A DNA stretch of 39,994 nucleotides from an uncultured Chthonomonadaceae bacterium (GCA_963835065.1 CAWIEK010000035.1:1-39994); one strand, 5' to 3'; positions 1 to 11,181 are shown, numbered from the stretch's first letter. Notes: generated by a model from the letters alone, not told the origin. Program-made: numbers and translations.

Positions 1-38
1 TGCAGCGCGGCAGGCACTGTCGTGGTATCCATTTTCAT
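1..38 (-). CDS. Partial CDS running off the left window edge (MKMDTTTVPAAL...)
   Basis: AGGAG SD followed by ATG at 38 on the minus strand, 49 bp downstream of the TPR gene. Too short to identify. Confidence 0.3.
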   Translation of the reverse strand, partial: MKMDTTTVPAAL

Positions 39-87
39 TGCTCCTTCTTATCAGGAATGTATTACTTGCTTGTACTGGCAGAAAATG

Positions 88-1532
88 TCAGGCAGCAAAT
101 GGCGTTGTTTCAAGACGACGTTCCCAATCTGCTATCCTTTGTTGCGCTTTTTGTACTTCCATTTCCTGTTCTGTGTTGCGGCAAATGGTAAGCGCTTCTT
201 TTTGAAGTTTCAAAGCCTGTTCAAAATCACCTTGCCTTGATTTTAGTAAGGCAAGGTTACTGAGAACAATGCCATAGCCAACAAGGTCACCAAGTTGCAG
301 CTTTACGGCTATGCTGTTTTGATAAGCTTTTTCAGCCTCACTCCAACGCCCTTGTGCTGTATAGAGTGTGCCAAGATTACTTAACAACTGGGTTGTTGTT
401 GCAACATCCTCCATAGAACTGGCAGCTTTAAGCGCTTCTGTAATGTAGAACTCGGCTTCAGCCCACCTCTGCTGTGCTAAACAAATACCTGCTAAGTTGC
501 CCATTACTGCTAATACGCTACTCTTTTGATTAGCGTGTTGGAACACCTGAAGAGCATGATTGAAGATTGCCTCAGCCTCCGAAAACTTTTCAAGATGTGC
601 GTAAACACTTGCGATATTCACTTCTGTTTGAGCAAGGCTAACATCGCCTGCATTGGTTTTTTGTTTTATTTCCATACTGCTCTTAAAGCATACTAGCGCA
701 GGATCATAATCTCCTACGCGGATGTACACGCTTCCAAGGTTATTAAGAACAATGCTCTCGCCAACATCATTGTTAAGGTCTTGGCATATTTTCTGCGCCC
801 TGTGATACAATGTGATGGATTGATGCCAGTGGGCCAACAATGTATGTAGATAAGCCAAACGCAGCAAAAGCCGAAATTGTGTAATAAGGTTCTGCCGGTC
901 ATTTGGAAGACGTTGATAATCTTCTAATAGGGTTTGTATAGCCTGGATACGTTCCAACTTCTCGTCGGCAGAAAGGCTCGCAGTTGTCGGCTCATCGGTA
1001 GCTATAATAGTTTCAATAACGCTCTGCATCTCGTTCTGTTTAGCGGCAAAGTGATAAACACCGGAGCGGACGGAGAAGAAGTCTGGTGCGCCATGCAAAA
1101 TAGCTGTTAGGACGTATTCAGGTACCCACAAAACAAGCGGACAGGGTACATAACGTGGAAAGGAATTGCGGGAGGCATTGAGATTAGCGACAAACGGCGT
1201 TTTTGCCGCCCGGTCTGCAATAGGCAGAGAATTTTCCAAGCCATACACAAAAACAACATCCGGCGCAGGTTCTTCAATATGAAGACGCAACTGATCGAAG
1301 AAGATGCGTGATTGGTTCGCGGAATTCTATTTCCTGTATTTTTAGATGAGGCAGGCGTTCTCGCAGCGCCATGACAAGACGACGGCGTTGCTCAGGCTGA
1401 TTGCAGCGGGCGAACAGCAATGAAAAGCCCTCAGGATAGACGCAGCGAAGCGGCTAACGCCCCAATTTCCGTTGTCTCATCGGGGGCTGTCGGCGCAAAG
1501 GGGTCATCTAATGGCGTTTCTAAATCAATCAT
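88..1532 (-). CDS. Tetratricopeptide-repeat protein, partner of the upstream ATPase (frameshifted N-terminus)
   Basis: ORF 88..1290 has many TPR motifs (LNNLGSVY, MGNLAGI, LSNLGTLY, LSNLALL). ATG at 1532 overlaps the ATPase TGA (ATGA). The 5' part reads MIDLETPLDDPF...LAASLRLS/FSLLFARCNQPEQRRRL across indels. Confidence 0.75.
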
Positions 1533-2904
1533 GCTTGAGTAACTTTCGAGAGTGCCTGAACAGAAGATTTGAATTTGCCCAACTGACGCACAATAGGATT
1601 GACCGCATACCAGGGTTCTGGCGTGTGAAATGGGTCATCTACGCCATCGCCATTGATGTACTCCAGAACGCTTAGATTTTCCAGCATTGTCAGATAGTCC
1701 AAATCTTCGTTCGGAATGCGCTGATCGGAGGAGACGTCCAGTTGTGCCAACTTCGTCCAATGCGCTTCGGGTATAGCAGTGGCATAGGTACGCACTGTCT
1801 GTTGAATAGCCCGATGCGCTGCCGCCAGTGGAATAGGTGTCGCTTCCGTATACGCGCATGCCTCCTGAACAAAACTCATAAGATACCGTACATGTCCGCC
1901 GCTGTACGTCAGCAAAAAATCCAGCGCGTCGGAAGCAAACACTTCATCTAATGTATGAGGACGCAGGCGTCTTTGCAAAAGTTCGCGCAGATGCTGCATG
2001 CCCGGCGTATACACGCTGCGACTGCCTCTTTCAATTACCTTGACCATTGGCAGCACGAAGGGAGCCATGCCATACCTCTGCCCCAACTGCGGCCCATCCG
2101 CGCGGGCCAAACGTAAAGGAACCGTATAGATGATATGCGCCTGCATGCCCGTTAATTGGGTATAGCGTTCGATAAACAGTTCGCGTTGGGATTCCAGTCC
2201 TTCCGCTTTGCCTTCAATGCGCTCTATCTTCTCCAGATTGTCCAGTATCAGCACAAAATCTTTGTACGGCGCTTCTTCAGCGTCTATATTAACTGCTCGA
2301 ATTGACAGTCGGGCTTCCAGAAAGACCAGATTGATCTCTTCCAGTATTGTGACAGGTTCGGCTGCAAGGCCGCGCGTACGCTTTCGCGGGCAAGCGGGTC
2401 GCGTTTAAGGCGCAGGATCTTAAGTTTCGCGCCGGGCAATGTCAATTCGCCCTCGTTTATCTCCACATCACTGAGAAAGAAGTGCTTGATTTCATTCAGC
2501 CTCTTGGTAAAATAGCTGTCTTGTAGTTCCACGCCCAGATCACGCCGCAGAGTGTCGGCCATTTCCGTAACGATGGCAAGCAATATATCCGTCACGGTCA
2601 CATCATAGTCGTCCAGATACTCACTTACGTTCAACAATATGGGAAAGTAGCGGCTATGCGGCAATCGGGGGCGTGGATTGGCTAACACATGCGTCAGATG
2701 CTCAAGTTCTGAGGACTTGCCGCAGCCAATATGCCCGGTAAACAGGAAGCAGCGAAAGTCGTCAGCAAGCGTGAGATGTTTCTGAAACTGATGTGACAAC
2801 GCGCTGTTGCCCCGTACAGAAGCACAGTCAAGATAATACTCCACTGTTGCCGGCTCGTAGGGGTCACAGGCGTTGTAGACATGCTTCAACAGAAAATCGC
2901 TCAT
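1529..2904 (-). CDS. P-loop AAA-type ATP-binding protein (split by a frameshift near 2340)
   Basis: Walker A GHIGCGKSSEL in ORF 2284..2946 and Walker B-like LILDNLEK in ORF 1529..2254, then SGGHVR and a C-terminal WYAVNP motif. Start MSDFLL at 2904 with GAGGA SD. Confidence 0.8.
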
Positions 2905-2924
2905 GCTGTTTTCCTCGGTAGTTC

Positions 2925-3542
2925 TCAGTTGTCGGACGCGCCCCACACGGTTTTGCCGTTTTTGTCTCTTAAGACGGCGAGCGGGCCATCGTCGGGGAGA
3001 ACGGCCAGGCTGACGCCATCCTTGCCCCCTGTGGTTTTCAGCGACAAGCCGACGCTGTTATCCGCCGGGGCGTCTAAGAGGGCGCGGAATTTGCCGTCTT
3101 TGTCGCTGAGGGCGAGTACCGGCGTTCCATCGGCGCGGAGACGGCACGACAGACGTGTTTTCTCGTTCTTGTCCAGCAGCAGCAGGCCCGCGTTGCCGTC
3201 CGGCAGTACGGCAATGTCGGCGCGTACTTTTTCACCCTCGTAAAAGGCAAGGCTCAACTCGCCGCCATCCGTGACGCTCATTGCGGCGCGGCGCTTGCCC
3301 TGCTTGTCCAGAAACGTGAGGGCGGGGCTGCCGTCAGGCCGAACGCCTAATACGGCTCGCGTGTTGCCCAGCGCGTCCGTCAGGCGGAACTCCTGCGCGC
3401 TGACGGTTTTGGCGGCGCGATTAGCCTCAGCAGGCGGATCGGCGCGCACATACCGCGCGGCCATATCCCCCGCCAGCAAGACGCCCACCAGCGCCAGTAA
3501 GCCGAGTGACGGCATCGAAATCGTAATTTTGTGTTGCGGCAT
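2925..3542 (-). CDS. Exported or membrane-anchored hypothetical protein with repeated beta-hairpin units (xDGxPxLxLxDKxGKxR)
   Basis: Hydrophobic N-terminus (LGLLALVGVLLAG) followed by about 6 imperfect ~23-aa repeats. Confidence 0.65.
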   Translation of the reverse strand: MPQHKITISMPSLGLLALVGVLLAGDMAARYVRADPPAEANRAAKTVSAQEFRLTDALGNTRAVLGVRPDGSPALTFLDKQGKRRAAMSVTDGGELSLAFYEGEKVRADIAVLPDGNAGLLLLDKNEKTRLSCRLRADGTPVLALSDKDGKFRALLDAPADNSVGLSLKTTGGKDGVSLAVLPDDGPLAVLRDKNGKTVWGASDN

Positions 3543-3559
3543 AATGGTTAATCCGGGAG

Positions 3560-3679
3560 GGTATTCAGGTGTTCAGGCGTTCGGGTGTTCAGGTGTTCGG
3601 CTGATGGTATTGCCAAGTGAAGTAAACTTCTGTACTTTTGTATTTCCTGAATACCTGAACACCTGAACACCTGAATACC
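3560..3679. repeat. Inverted array of 8-mer tandem repeats, (GGTGTTCA)x5 ... (CCTGAACA)x4
   Basis: Arms at 3560-3600 and 3646-3679 are reverse complements around a 45-bp spacer. Intergenic, directly after gnd. Confidence 0.9.
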
Positions 3680-3684
3680 GATGT

Positions 3685-4659
3685 TTACAGGTCCCGCTTG
3701 CTTTCGGAAGCCGGGGCGCCGGCGGATTCTGCGCCGGGAACGTGCGGGGCCGTGACCGCCGCGTGGTGAACCGCGTGACCGCCGAACTCGTTGCGCAGAG
3801 CGGCCAGCACCTTCATGCTGAAGCTGTCCGTCTGCCGGGAGCGGAAGCGCAGGTACAGCGAAAGAGCGATGACCGGCGCGGGCACGGCATGTTCGATGCT
3901 TTCCATGACCGTCCAGCGGCCTTCGCCCGAATCTTCCACGTAGCCCGTAATTTCATCCAGGTTCGGGTCTTTCTTGAAGGCGTCGGCGGCCAGGTCGAGC
4001 AGCCACGAGCGCACCACGCTGCCGTGCCGCCACAACTCGCAGATGGCCTGCAAGTCCAGGCCGGGATACGGCGAGGCTTTCAGAATTTCAAAGCCTTCCG
4101 CATACGACTGCATCATGGCGTATTCGATGCCGTTATGCACCATTTTGACATAGTGCCCCGAACCGGCAGGCCCGGTATACAGCAGGCCGTCTTCGGGCGC
4201 AAGCGCGGTGAGCATCGGTTCTATGGTTTTGAACGCGCCCTCATCGCCCCCAACCATCAGGCAGTAGCCCTCCTGCAAGCCCCAGATGCCGCCCGACGTG
4301 CCCGCATCCAGAAACAAAATGCCTTTTTCTTTCAGTTCAGCGGCGTGGCGCTGCGAGTCGGTGAATTTCGAGTTGCCGCCGTCAATGATGATGTCGCCGG
4401 GTTTGAGGCCGTTCGCGGCCTCGTTAATCACCATGTCCGTGACTGCGCCCGCCTTCACCATAGACCAGACCACTTTGGGCGTTTGGGTCAATTTGTTCAC
4501 CAGGTCGGTAGTGGAGCCGACGCCCGCTCCGCCAAGATCGTTCAAACGTTGGCGGGCGTCTTCAGCCAGGTCGCTGCCTACGACTGTATGCCCGCGCTGT
4601 ATCAGGCGTTCCGCCATATTGCCGCCCATGCGGCCTAAGCCTACGATGCCAATTTCCAT
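3685..4659 (-). CDS. gnd: 6-phosphogluconate dehydrogenase, decarboxylating (short YqeC-type)
   Basis: GIVGLGRMGGNMA, IIIDGGNS, DAGTSGG, GHYVKMVHNGIEY, DSGEGRW and LRNEFGGH motifs. Confidence 0.95.
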   Translation of the reverse strand: MEIGIVGLGRMGGNMAERLIQRGHTVVGSDLAEDARQRLNDLGGAGVGSTTDLVNKLTQTPKVVWSMVKAGAVTDMVINEAANGLKPGDIIIDGGNSKFTDSQRHAAELKEKGILFLDAGTSGGIWGLQEGYCLMVGGDEGAFKTIEPMLTALAPEDGLLYTGPAGSGHYVKMVHNGIEYAMMQSYAEGFEILKASPYPGLDLQAICELWRHGSVVRSWLLDLAADAFKKDPNLDEITGYVEDSGEGRWTVMESIEHAVPAPVIALSLYLRFRSRQTDSFSMKVLAALRNEFGGHAVHHAAVTAPHVPGAESAGAPASESKRDL

Positions 4660-4956
4660 GATTTGCCATGCTCCTTCTCAATGCCGTGTCCGCAGCGCTG
4701 CTTACGGACGCGCGGCGGCACAATGCGCGTGATGTAGGGTCTTACCATGTATCAATTCGACAATTTGTTTCCTATGCCCTCCCTACTTCTTCCTCTACGG
4801 ATGAATTTTTCTCATTTTTTTATTTTATTTTTTCCGCGTTGCCGCAAAGAACGCGGAACGGCAGCGTCAGACTGTCAGAAGCGTTCGCTCTGGCCCCATA
4901 AAGAAGAAGGCTGACCGCGTGAAGAAGAAGGAAGTCCCGAAGTCAAAGGAGGAAGC

Positions 4957-5734
4957 CTACCGTTCCCGTTCCTCCCCTGTACTCGCGCGCAGGAGTTGTT
5001 GGCGTGGTTCACTGGTTGTCGCATGGACAGCGCGGAGAAGGGTTTCGGTTTGGGACGCAGGAGTATTCGCGGCCCGTAGGAGCGTTTCGGGCACTTCCTG
5101 TCGCTGCAAGCGCGCTTCCATCAGGGGCGCAAGTTCCCGCGCCTTCGCGATGATACGCTGATGATGGAGGTAGGTGCAGGCTGCCGCGCCGAGGGTTTGC
5201 ATTTGTCGCAGGGAGTTGCGGTTGCCGATGAGGGCGAACGCCTGTACTCGCGCGCAGGGTCAATGCCTCGTTAAAGGGTTGGTCGGAATGCAGAGAAGGC
5301 ACGGCCAACCTCCAGAGTCTTTCCTGCCTCTTGTCGTTCAGCAGCCCGACTTCCGCTTCCGTGACTTGTACCAAAAGTCGGGAAATGGCGTACAGGACTT
5401 CGGGATGTTTGCCCCACGCATGGCGCGTTGCCAGAAGCAGCATCGGCAGAGTGCGCAAATCATCGGTTTGCGTCAGGGAGTAGGCGGCACACCGATATTG
5501 AGGAACGGCGTCGTTGATATATGCCCAGGAGAGTATTATCAAAGCGGGTAAGGCCAGCATCAACCACAATTCGGGATTGGTTCCACACAGCCACAGCATA
5601 ATTCCACAAAGGGAAACGGCAATAACGCGCAACATGGGCTATCCGCGTTCCAGCCTGTTGTTATAGGTGAGCAGGCCGTTTATCATGCGTGGGCTGAGGG
5701 CTGACAGGAAGGGCGCGGACGGCCACTTCTCTCC
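4957..5734 (-). pseudogene. Membrane protein with helical repeats and a C-terminal LLRA repeat tail; 5'-truncated and frameshifted
   Basis: ORFs 5009..5635 (two TM segments) and 4957..5202 (ETLLRAA...ETLLRAV...QQLLRAS) join across an indel. Coding-like sequence continues in frame upstream (GEKWPSAPFLS...) to about 5734. Confidence 0.5.
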
Positions 5735-6365
5735 CAGGGATACAAGCGCGTTCTCCAGTCCGATCCTGTCGGCCACTTTTCCAGCGTGGATGTGGGCATC
5801 CTCGGCTACAAAACCCTGCACAACCTGGGCGGGCTTGCCGTCCTGCAAAGCGACTATCGCAAGGCAAACGATTGGTTTCACAGAGCGATGGAGGCCGCGC
5901 CTCACTTCCTCCCCTCCGCCTTCGTCCTCTTCGACGCGGCCCTGCAAGCCGACGATCACGGCACAGCCCGCGCCATGCTTAACCTTGTTGAAGAGCGGGA
6001 GGGCGTGGAAGGCAGTTGGGCGGAGATGGGCGCGCGCTATGCCGAAGCGACGGGCGGCGAAGCGGCGGGCGGGCAGTTTTTGGAGCAGGCCGTTGCCAAT
6101 CATCCTGCCGCCGTCCTGCCGCGCCTGCTGCTGGCGCGGCGTTTGCTCCACTCGTGCCGCTTTGCAGAAGCCCTGCCCCACCTGCATCTTATGGACACGC
6201 AGAACGTGGCGGAAGCCGCTTACTGCCTGGGCATCGCCGCCATTCGCGCCGACGACCTTCCCGCCGCCATCGCCTGCATTGAACGCGCCCTGCATCTCAA
6301 CCCCGAACACGAACCCACCCGCCAACAAATACAGTTCTCCGGCAGGCGTTACAGCAAACCTCTCC
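5735..6365 (+). pseudogene. C-terminal TPR fragment, resembling the tail of GT2-TPR proteins; no 5' end
   Basis: Reads QGYKRVLQSDPVGHFSSVDVGILGYKTLHNLGG...AIACIERALHLNPEH. TPR motifs are present, but there is no start, SD or promoter space upstream. Confidence 0.55.
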
Positions 6366-8204
6366 TTACAACCCGGCCACTTGGGTCAGGCCGTCCGCCG
6401 CGTCCAGCAGGTCGGGCGTCAGGGGCACGACGCGGCGCAGGCGGGCCAGGCGGGCAATCAGGGTCGGCAGGGGCGGCAGAAAGGCTTCCTTGAAGTTGAC
6501 CGGGTCGGTTTTGGTCGCGTATTCCAGGGCGGGCTTGATGGCCGCGTGGGACGGATCGCCTTTGGCCGTCGTCATGGCTTTGAGCAGCGCGACATCCGGG
6601 GCGAGGGGATCGGCTCCCGCCAGCCGCGCCACGAGGGGCGAAGCCGTCTGATAGCGCTTCAATTGCAGCAGCGTGGCGGCGCGGGCGGCAAGGGCGGAAA
6701 CGTTGTCGGGTTCCGTTGACAGCACCAGATCGAGGATGTTGCCCGCCTGCGCGAACCGCTCCTCGGAGGTTTCATACGTCATAATCTCCCACGCCCGCTC
6801 CACCAGCGTCTGGCTGAAAAACGGCGCGCGCAGAAAGGCCGAGCGGAAGCCCCGCTTGGCTCCGTCCTGATTGCCGTTGTCCGCCATTGCCGCGCTCAGG
6901 GCATACTGCGTTTCGGGAATGTCTACAATGACAAACGCCTGCTGCGCTTCCTTCATGCCCAACTGCCGGTCATTCATGGCAAGATCGGCAAGCGACGCGA
7001 CCACAAGCCCGACCAGATTTTTGGACTGCGCGGCGGGGCGGGCGGTTTCCCTTGCCTCGCCGTACTTGCGTTTTTGGAACAGGGCAGCCGCCAGTAATGA
7101 CTGTGTGGTATCCGTCGCGTCCGCGCTGTTGTTCAGGCGGCGGGCAAGAGTCTCCGCTTCCGCCACGCGGCTCAGGCGCAGCAGCGCCATACATGCGCGG
7201 CATTGCGCGCGGCGCTTGTCGCTCCGCCCCTGCGTCAAATTCGCCGCCTTTTCGTAGGCCGCAAGCGCCGGCTCATACGCATGCTGCGCAAACAAAATGT
7301 CGCCCCGCGCAACCTGCCCCGCAGAGTCGGAAGAGGATTCAGGATAGGTTTTCGTCACTTCGGCCAGTTCCGCGTTGAACTGCTTGCGGACGAGATCAAA
7401 CCCCCGATCCATTTCCTGCACCATCTGCACATTGTTGTTTTGGCTGACGCTCTGGAACAGCGCGAGATAGCCGCGTATGCGCAGGGTAAACGCTTCCTCT
7501 TTGGGAACGCCGATCTGCTGATCGTCGAGCAGGCGCAAGCCGCCGCCGATGTCGCCCTTCGCGCCCAGGTTCAGCGCCATGAGCCGCACGGAATCCACAT
7601 CTATGCGGCTGATTTTGAAGGCTTTGCGGGCGTCCTTGTCCAGTGTGCGCAGGTCGCTGCGTCCGAACGCGGCCAGACCGTCCTTGACCCAGTGCTTGAT
7701 GCCCAGATTGAGTTTGTTTTCCACATTCACTTTGATCCGCTTGACGCCCGTTTGCCCGTTGACGTTATAGGCGGTAATGGCAATGGTGTGCTGCCCGTCG
7801 TTTTCGTTCAGCGTGTCCCAATCGAACAGGTAGGGCGGCTGTTTGGCTTCAAAGCGGAACTGATCGTCCACTTCAAACGTGATGCGCTCGATACCCGCCT
7901 TGCTGTCCGCGTCGGCCTGAATCCGTACAATATCGCTGAGTTTCATCGGGTCGGGCGCAAGGGTTTCCTCAACCTCCTTGCGCGGCACGAAGTCCGACTT
8001 GACGCCCACCTGCGCCCGCGCTCCTGCCGTTGCCGCGCCCAGGCACAGTCCGACGCCCAGCAGTCGCAACGCGGCCAAACACCGCTGTCGTAACCCGATA
8101 TTTCCCAACCTTCCGCGCAGATGATTCGGGTGTTGGGTGTTGGGTGTTGGGTGTTGGGGTTGTGCCCCTGTGTTTCCCCATCTTCGGCGCAGACCGTATC
8201 GCAT
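6366..8204 (-). CDS. Secreted Ig-like (Big-type) domain + TPR protein
   Basis: Signal-like segment (LLGVGLCLGAATAGARAQ), Ig-like motif (GIERITFEVDD...PPYLFDWDT...DGQHTIAITAYN) and helical repeats. The true start is probably downstream of 8204. Confidence 0.75.
   Translation of the reverse strand: MRYGLRRRWGNTGAQPQHPTPNTQHPNHLRGRLGNIGLRQRCLAALRLLGVGLCLGAATAGARAQVGVKSDFVPRKEVEETLAPDPMKLSDIVRIQADADSKAGIERITFEVDDQFRFEAKQPPYLFDWDTLNENDGQHTIAITAYNVNGQTGVKRIKVNVENKLNLGIKHWVKDGLAAFGRSDLRTLDKDARKAFKISRIDVDSVRLMALNLGAKGDIGGGLRLLDDQQIGVPKEEAFTLRIRGYLALFQSVSQNNNVQMVQEMDRGFDLVRKQFNAELAEVTKTYPESSSDSAGQVARGDILFAQHAYEPALAAYEKAANLTQGRSDKRRAQCRACMALLRLSRVAEAETLARRLNNSADATDTTQSLLAAALFQKRKYGEARETARPAAQSKNLVGLVVASLADLAMNDRQLGMKEAQQAFVIVDIPETQYALSAAMADNGNQDGAKRGFRSAFLRAPFFSQTLVERAWEIMTYETSEERFAQAGNILDLVLSTEPDNVSALAARAATLLQLKRYQTASPLVARLAGADPLAPDVALLKAMTTAKGDPSHAAIKPALEYATKTDPVNFKEAFLPPLPTLIARLARLRRVVPLTPDLLDAADGLTQVAGL
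8128..8158. repeat. Heptamer tandem repeat (GGGTGTT)x4
   Basis: Seen directly. Translates as QHPTPNTQHP in the ORF leader. Confidence 0.9.
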
Positions 8205-8399
8205 CGCAGCCCCCTGTCAATCCATTTCAAAGTACGTTCGTATCAAAGTATGTTCGTACATTCACCAAATACATTCAGCAGCCATTCGGACCATTGCAGA
8301 TGTTCGGAACACACTCGCCGCAAACGACAACATAGATACCCTGCATTGGTATTCATTTCGCCGGGAACGCGCCGGATTCCTGCTGTCACTTCTGCGTGA

Positions 8400-8657
8400 T
8401 TACTCCATCTCTTCCACATGGCGCGGCACGATGCTGAACGTGCGCTCGCCGTAAACCGGGGCGATGTGCGCCTGATTCATCCGGTACTCTTCGTCAATGA
8501 CAAACGTGAAAGCGTCCGTCAGGCGGCAAAACCGTTTCAGTTCGGCCACTTCTTCGGGGCTTTCCGGGACAAGCCGTAAAACAAGCGCGATGCGCCGTCC
8601 CTGATCATCGGTGATTCTCGGTTCGCCCGGCCTCATTCCTTCCACTTGCGCTTTCAT
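8400..8657 (-). CDS. Hypothetical protein (85 aa)
   Basis: GGAG SD before ATG, protein-like composition, divergent from the Uma2 gene. Confidence 0.6.
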   Translation of the reverse strand: MKAQVEGMRPGEPRITDDQGRRIALVLRLVPESPEEVAELKRFCRLTDAFTFVIDEEYRMNQAHIAPVYGERTFSIVPRHVEEME

Positions 8658-8806
8658 AAGGGGTTGTTTCTCCGTTCCGGCAAGTTGCCACGTGGTTATA
8701 TTTAGAGGATGCGCTATGTCTTTGACGTGCTATAATCAAAGGAACGTTCCCTGCGATTTTCAGCGCGAACTTTGATTTGATGCCCGATTGGAAAGTGAGG
8801 CAAGAC

Positions 8807-9388
8807 ATGACAGCCACTTCGGTACGAGAAACCGCCAGACTGGTAACGGCGGAAGAATACGAGCGGATGGACAGCAATCTCCGTTTGAACTTGATTGAAG
8901 GAGAATTAGTGCCTATGCCTCCCATGCCCGGTGAACAGCACGGCGCGGTGACGATGACGTTGGGGGCGTATGCCACCGTGTACGTTCTGGAACACAATCT
9001 GGGAAGGTGCTATGCGGCGGAAACGCGCTTCATTGTGCAGCGCAACCCGGATACAACAATGGGACCGGATTGGGCATTTACCGCCCGTGACCGTCTGACA
9101 GGGGACGCCCTGCCCGGATTTTCCGCCATCGTTCCTGATATTGTTCTGGAAGTGCGTTCGCCCGGCGATACAGCGACGGAAGCGGAAGGCAAAATGCAGC
9201 GCTGGTTACGGGCGGGAGTACGGCTGGGTTGGGAGTTCAATCCTGCGACGCGCCTTCTGACCGTTTATCGTCCGAACGAAGCGCCGCGTCCGTTGAGCCT
9301 AAACGATACACTGACGGGTGAGGACGTGTTGCCCGGCTTCGTGTTTCCCTTGCATCGTTTATTTTCCGATAGTGCTTCCACGTCCTGA
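8807..9388 (+). CDS. Uma2 family endonuclease
   Basis: LIEGELV...PGEQHG, GPDWAF, PDIVLEVRSPGD, GVRLGW and GEDVLPGF motifs. An extended -10 (TGcTATAAT) lies upstream. Confidence 0.9.
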   Translation: MTATSVRETARLVTAEEYERMDSNLRLNLIEGELVPMPPMPGEQHGAVTMTLGAYATVYVLEHNLGRCYAAETRFIVQRNPDTTMGPDWAFTARDRLTGDALPGFSAIVPDIVLEVRSPGDTATEAEGKMQRWLRAGVRLGWEFNPATRLLTVYRPNEAPRPLSLNDTLTGEDVLPGFVFPLHRLFSDSASTS

Positions 9389-9410
9389 CATACAACTTAA
9401 GAACTAACAC

Positions 9411-9439
9411 TTTACATCTTCTCTTCAAAAGGTTATAAT
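9411..9439 (+). promoter_or_regulatory. sigma70-like promoter of the ATP-grasp gene
   Basis: TTTACA-N17-TATAAT, about 70 bp before ATG 9508. Confidence 0.55.
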
Positions 9440-9507
9440 AGTCCATCCCTCTTGCGCACAACGCTGTGCCTGTCGCGAAATCCAACCGTTTGCAGCAGGT
9501 AGCCCCT

Positions 9508-11089
9508 ATGTCCCTGTTCGACAATTATCAAACCGACGGCTTTTATGACGAAATGTTCGCGCCCGATGGCAAGCCCGCCCGCACTATCGCAAATTGTTTC
9601 AGCGCGTATCGCAAATGTCGCTGGAAGACTACGCCCGCCGCGTCACCCTTGCCGACCTCACGCTCATCAATCAGGGCATTACGTTTGCCGTGTATGGCGA
9701 TGAAAAGGGCGCGGAAAAGCCGTTTCCCTTCGACCTGATTCCCCGCATCATTCCCGCCGACGAGTGGGAACACATCGAGCGCGGCCTCAAGCAGCGCCTG
9801 ACCGCGCTGAATATGTTCCTGCACGACGTTTACCACGACCAGAAAATCGCCAATGATAACGTCATTCCGCGCGAACTGATCGTGGGCGCGGCCAATTTTC
9901 GGCGCGAGTTTATGGGAGCCGACCCGCCCGGCGGCATTTATGTCCATATCTGCGGCACCGACCTGATTCGCGACGGGGACGGCACCTACCGCGTCCTGGA
10001 AGACAATCTGCGCACTCCCTCCGGCGTCAGCTACGTGCTGGAAAACCGCAACATCCTGACCCGCATCCTGCCCTCCCTGTTCCGCGACCTGCCCGTTCGC
10101 CCCGTAGACCACTACACCACGCAACTGCTGCACAACCTGCGCGAACTCGCGCCCGAAGAGCGGGGGACACGCCGACCGTCGTGCTGCTCACGCCCGGCGT
10201 CTACAACAGCGCGTATTTTGAACACGCCTTTCTCGCGCAGCAGTTGGGCATGGAACTGGTGGAGGGGCGCGACCTGTTCGTGGACGACAACATCGTGTAC
10301 ATGAAGACCACCAAAGGCCCGCAGCGCGTGGACGTGATCTATCGCCGCGTGGACGACGATTTTCTCGACCCGCTCGTGTTTCGCCCCGACAGCGCATTGG
10401 GCGCGCCCGGCCTGGTCAACGCCTACCGCGCGGGCAATGTCGCGCTTGCCAACACCATCGGCACCGGCGTGGCCGACGACAAGGTGATCTATGCGTATGT
10501 GCCGGAAATCATCAAGTATTATCTGCAGCGAAGACGCCGATTTTGCCGAATGTGGAAACCTACCTGGCCTCCAAGCCCGCGCACCTGTCGCACATTCTTG
10601 CCAACCTGGACAAACTGGTGGTGAAAGCGGCCAACGAGTCGGGCGGGTATGGCATGCTGATGGGGCCGCAGGCGACGCAGGCCGAGCGCGACGAGTTTGC
10701 CGAGAAGATCAAGGCCAATCCGCGCAACTACATCGCGCAGCCGCTTGATCGCCCTGTCCCGCGCGCCCGCGTTCGTGGAGGACCATTTCGAGGGCCGGCA
10801 CATTGACCTGCGCCCCTACATCCTGTACGGCAAGAACGACATCACCATCATTCCCGGCGGCCTGACCCGCGTGGCGCTGAAAAAAGGCTCCTATGTCGTC
10901 AACAGTTCGCAGGGCGGCGGCAGCAAGGATACCTGGGTACTGGCCCGCGACACCATGACGCAGAGCCAGGGAACAGGGAATAGGGAACAGGGAACAGGGC
11001 TGTCTCAAACGCAAACGATGGGCGGCATGTCGCAGTCACAGGGCTTCGGACAGGGACAAACGCAAATATTGAGCGGCAACAACGAGTAA
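9508..11089 (+). CDS. Circularly permuted type 2 ATP-grasp protein (DUF404/407 type), at least 4 frameshifts
   Basis: Consecutive ORFs carry [87 protein letters not shown] and [15 protein letters not shown]. Confidence 0.9.
10967..10999. repeat. Heptamer repeat (CAGGGAA)x4.7 inside the 3' end of the ATP-grasp gene
   Basis: cagggaa cagggaa tagggaa cagggaa caggg, translated as [11 protein letters not shown]. Confidence 0.85.
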
Positions 11090-11131
11090 GGGATCGTAAA
11101 TAGATTTTTGTTCGGCTCCGATGTATAATGG

Positions 11132-11156
11132 AGGGGAGCGACGATACCGCTCCCCT
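11132..11156. promoter_or_regulatory. GC-rich palindrome (terminator or TA operator) just after a TATAAT box
   Basis: AGGGGAGCG-N7-CGCTCCCCT, between the ATP-grasp stop and the TA operon. Confidence 0.45.
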
Positions 11157-11181
11157 TATAGAAACCCGCAAAGGTGTAATT

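Noticed and set aside
3560..3679. Repeat arrays as CRISPR
   Set aside because: Units are 7-13 bp in tandem without unique 30-40-bp spacers, and there are no cas genes.
3742..4638. Long antisense ORFs (e.g. 3742..4638, 18085..19032, 20240..21928, 35885..37306, 27378..28370)
   Set aside because: Shadow ORFs opposite clear high-GC genes, with no motifs of their own.
8232..8312. GTTC-containing motifs (tacgttcgta, tatgttcgta, tgttcggaaca) as LexA boxes
   Set aside because: The spacing fits neither GAAC-N4-GTTC nor GTTC-N7-GTTC. It may be another operator, but this is unsupported.
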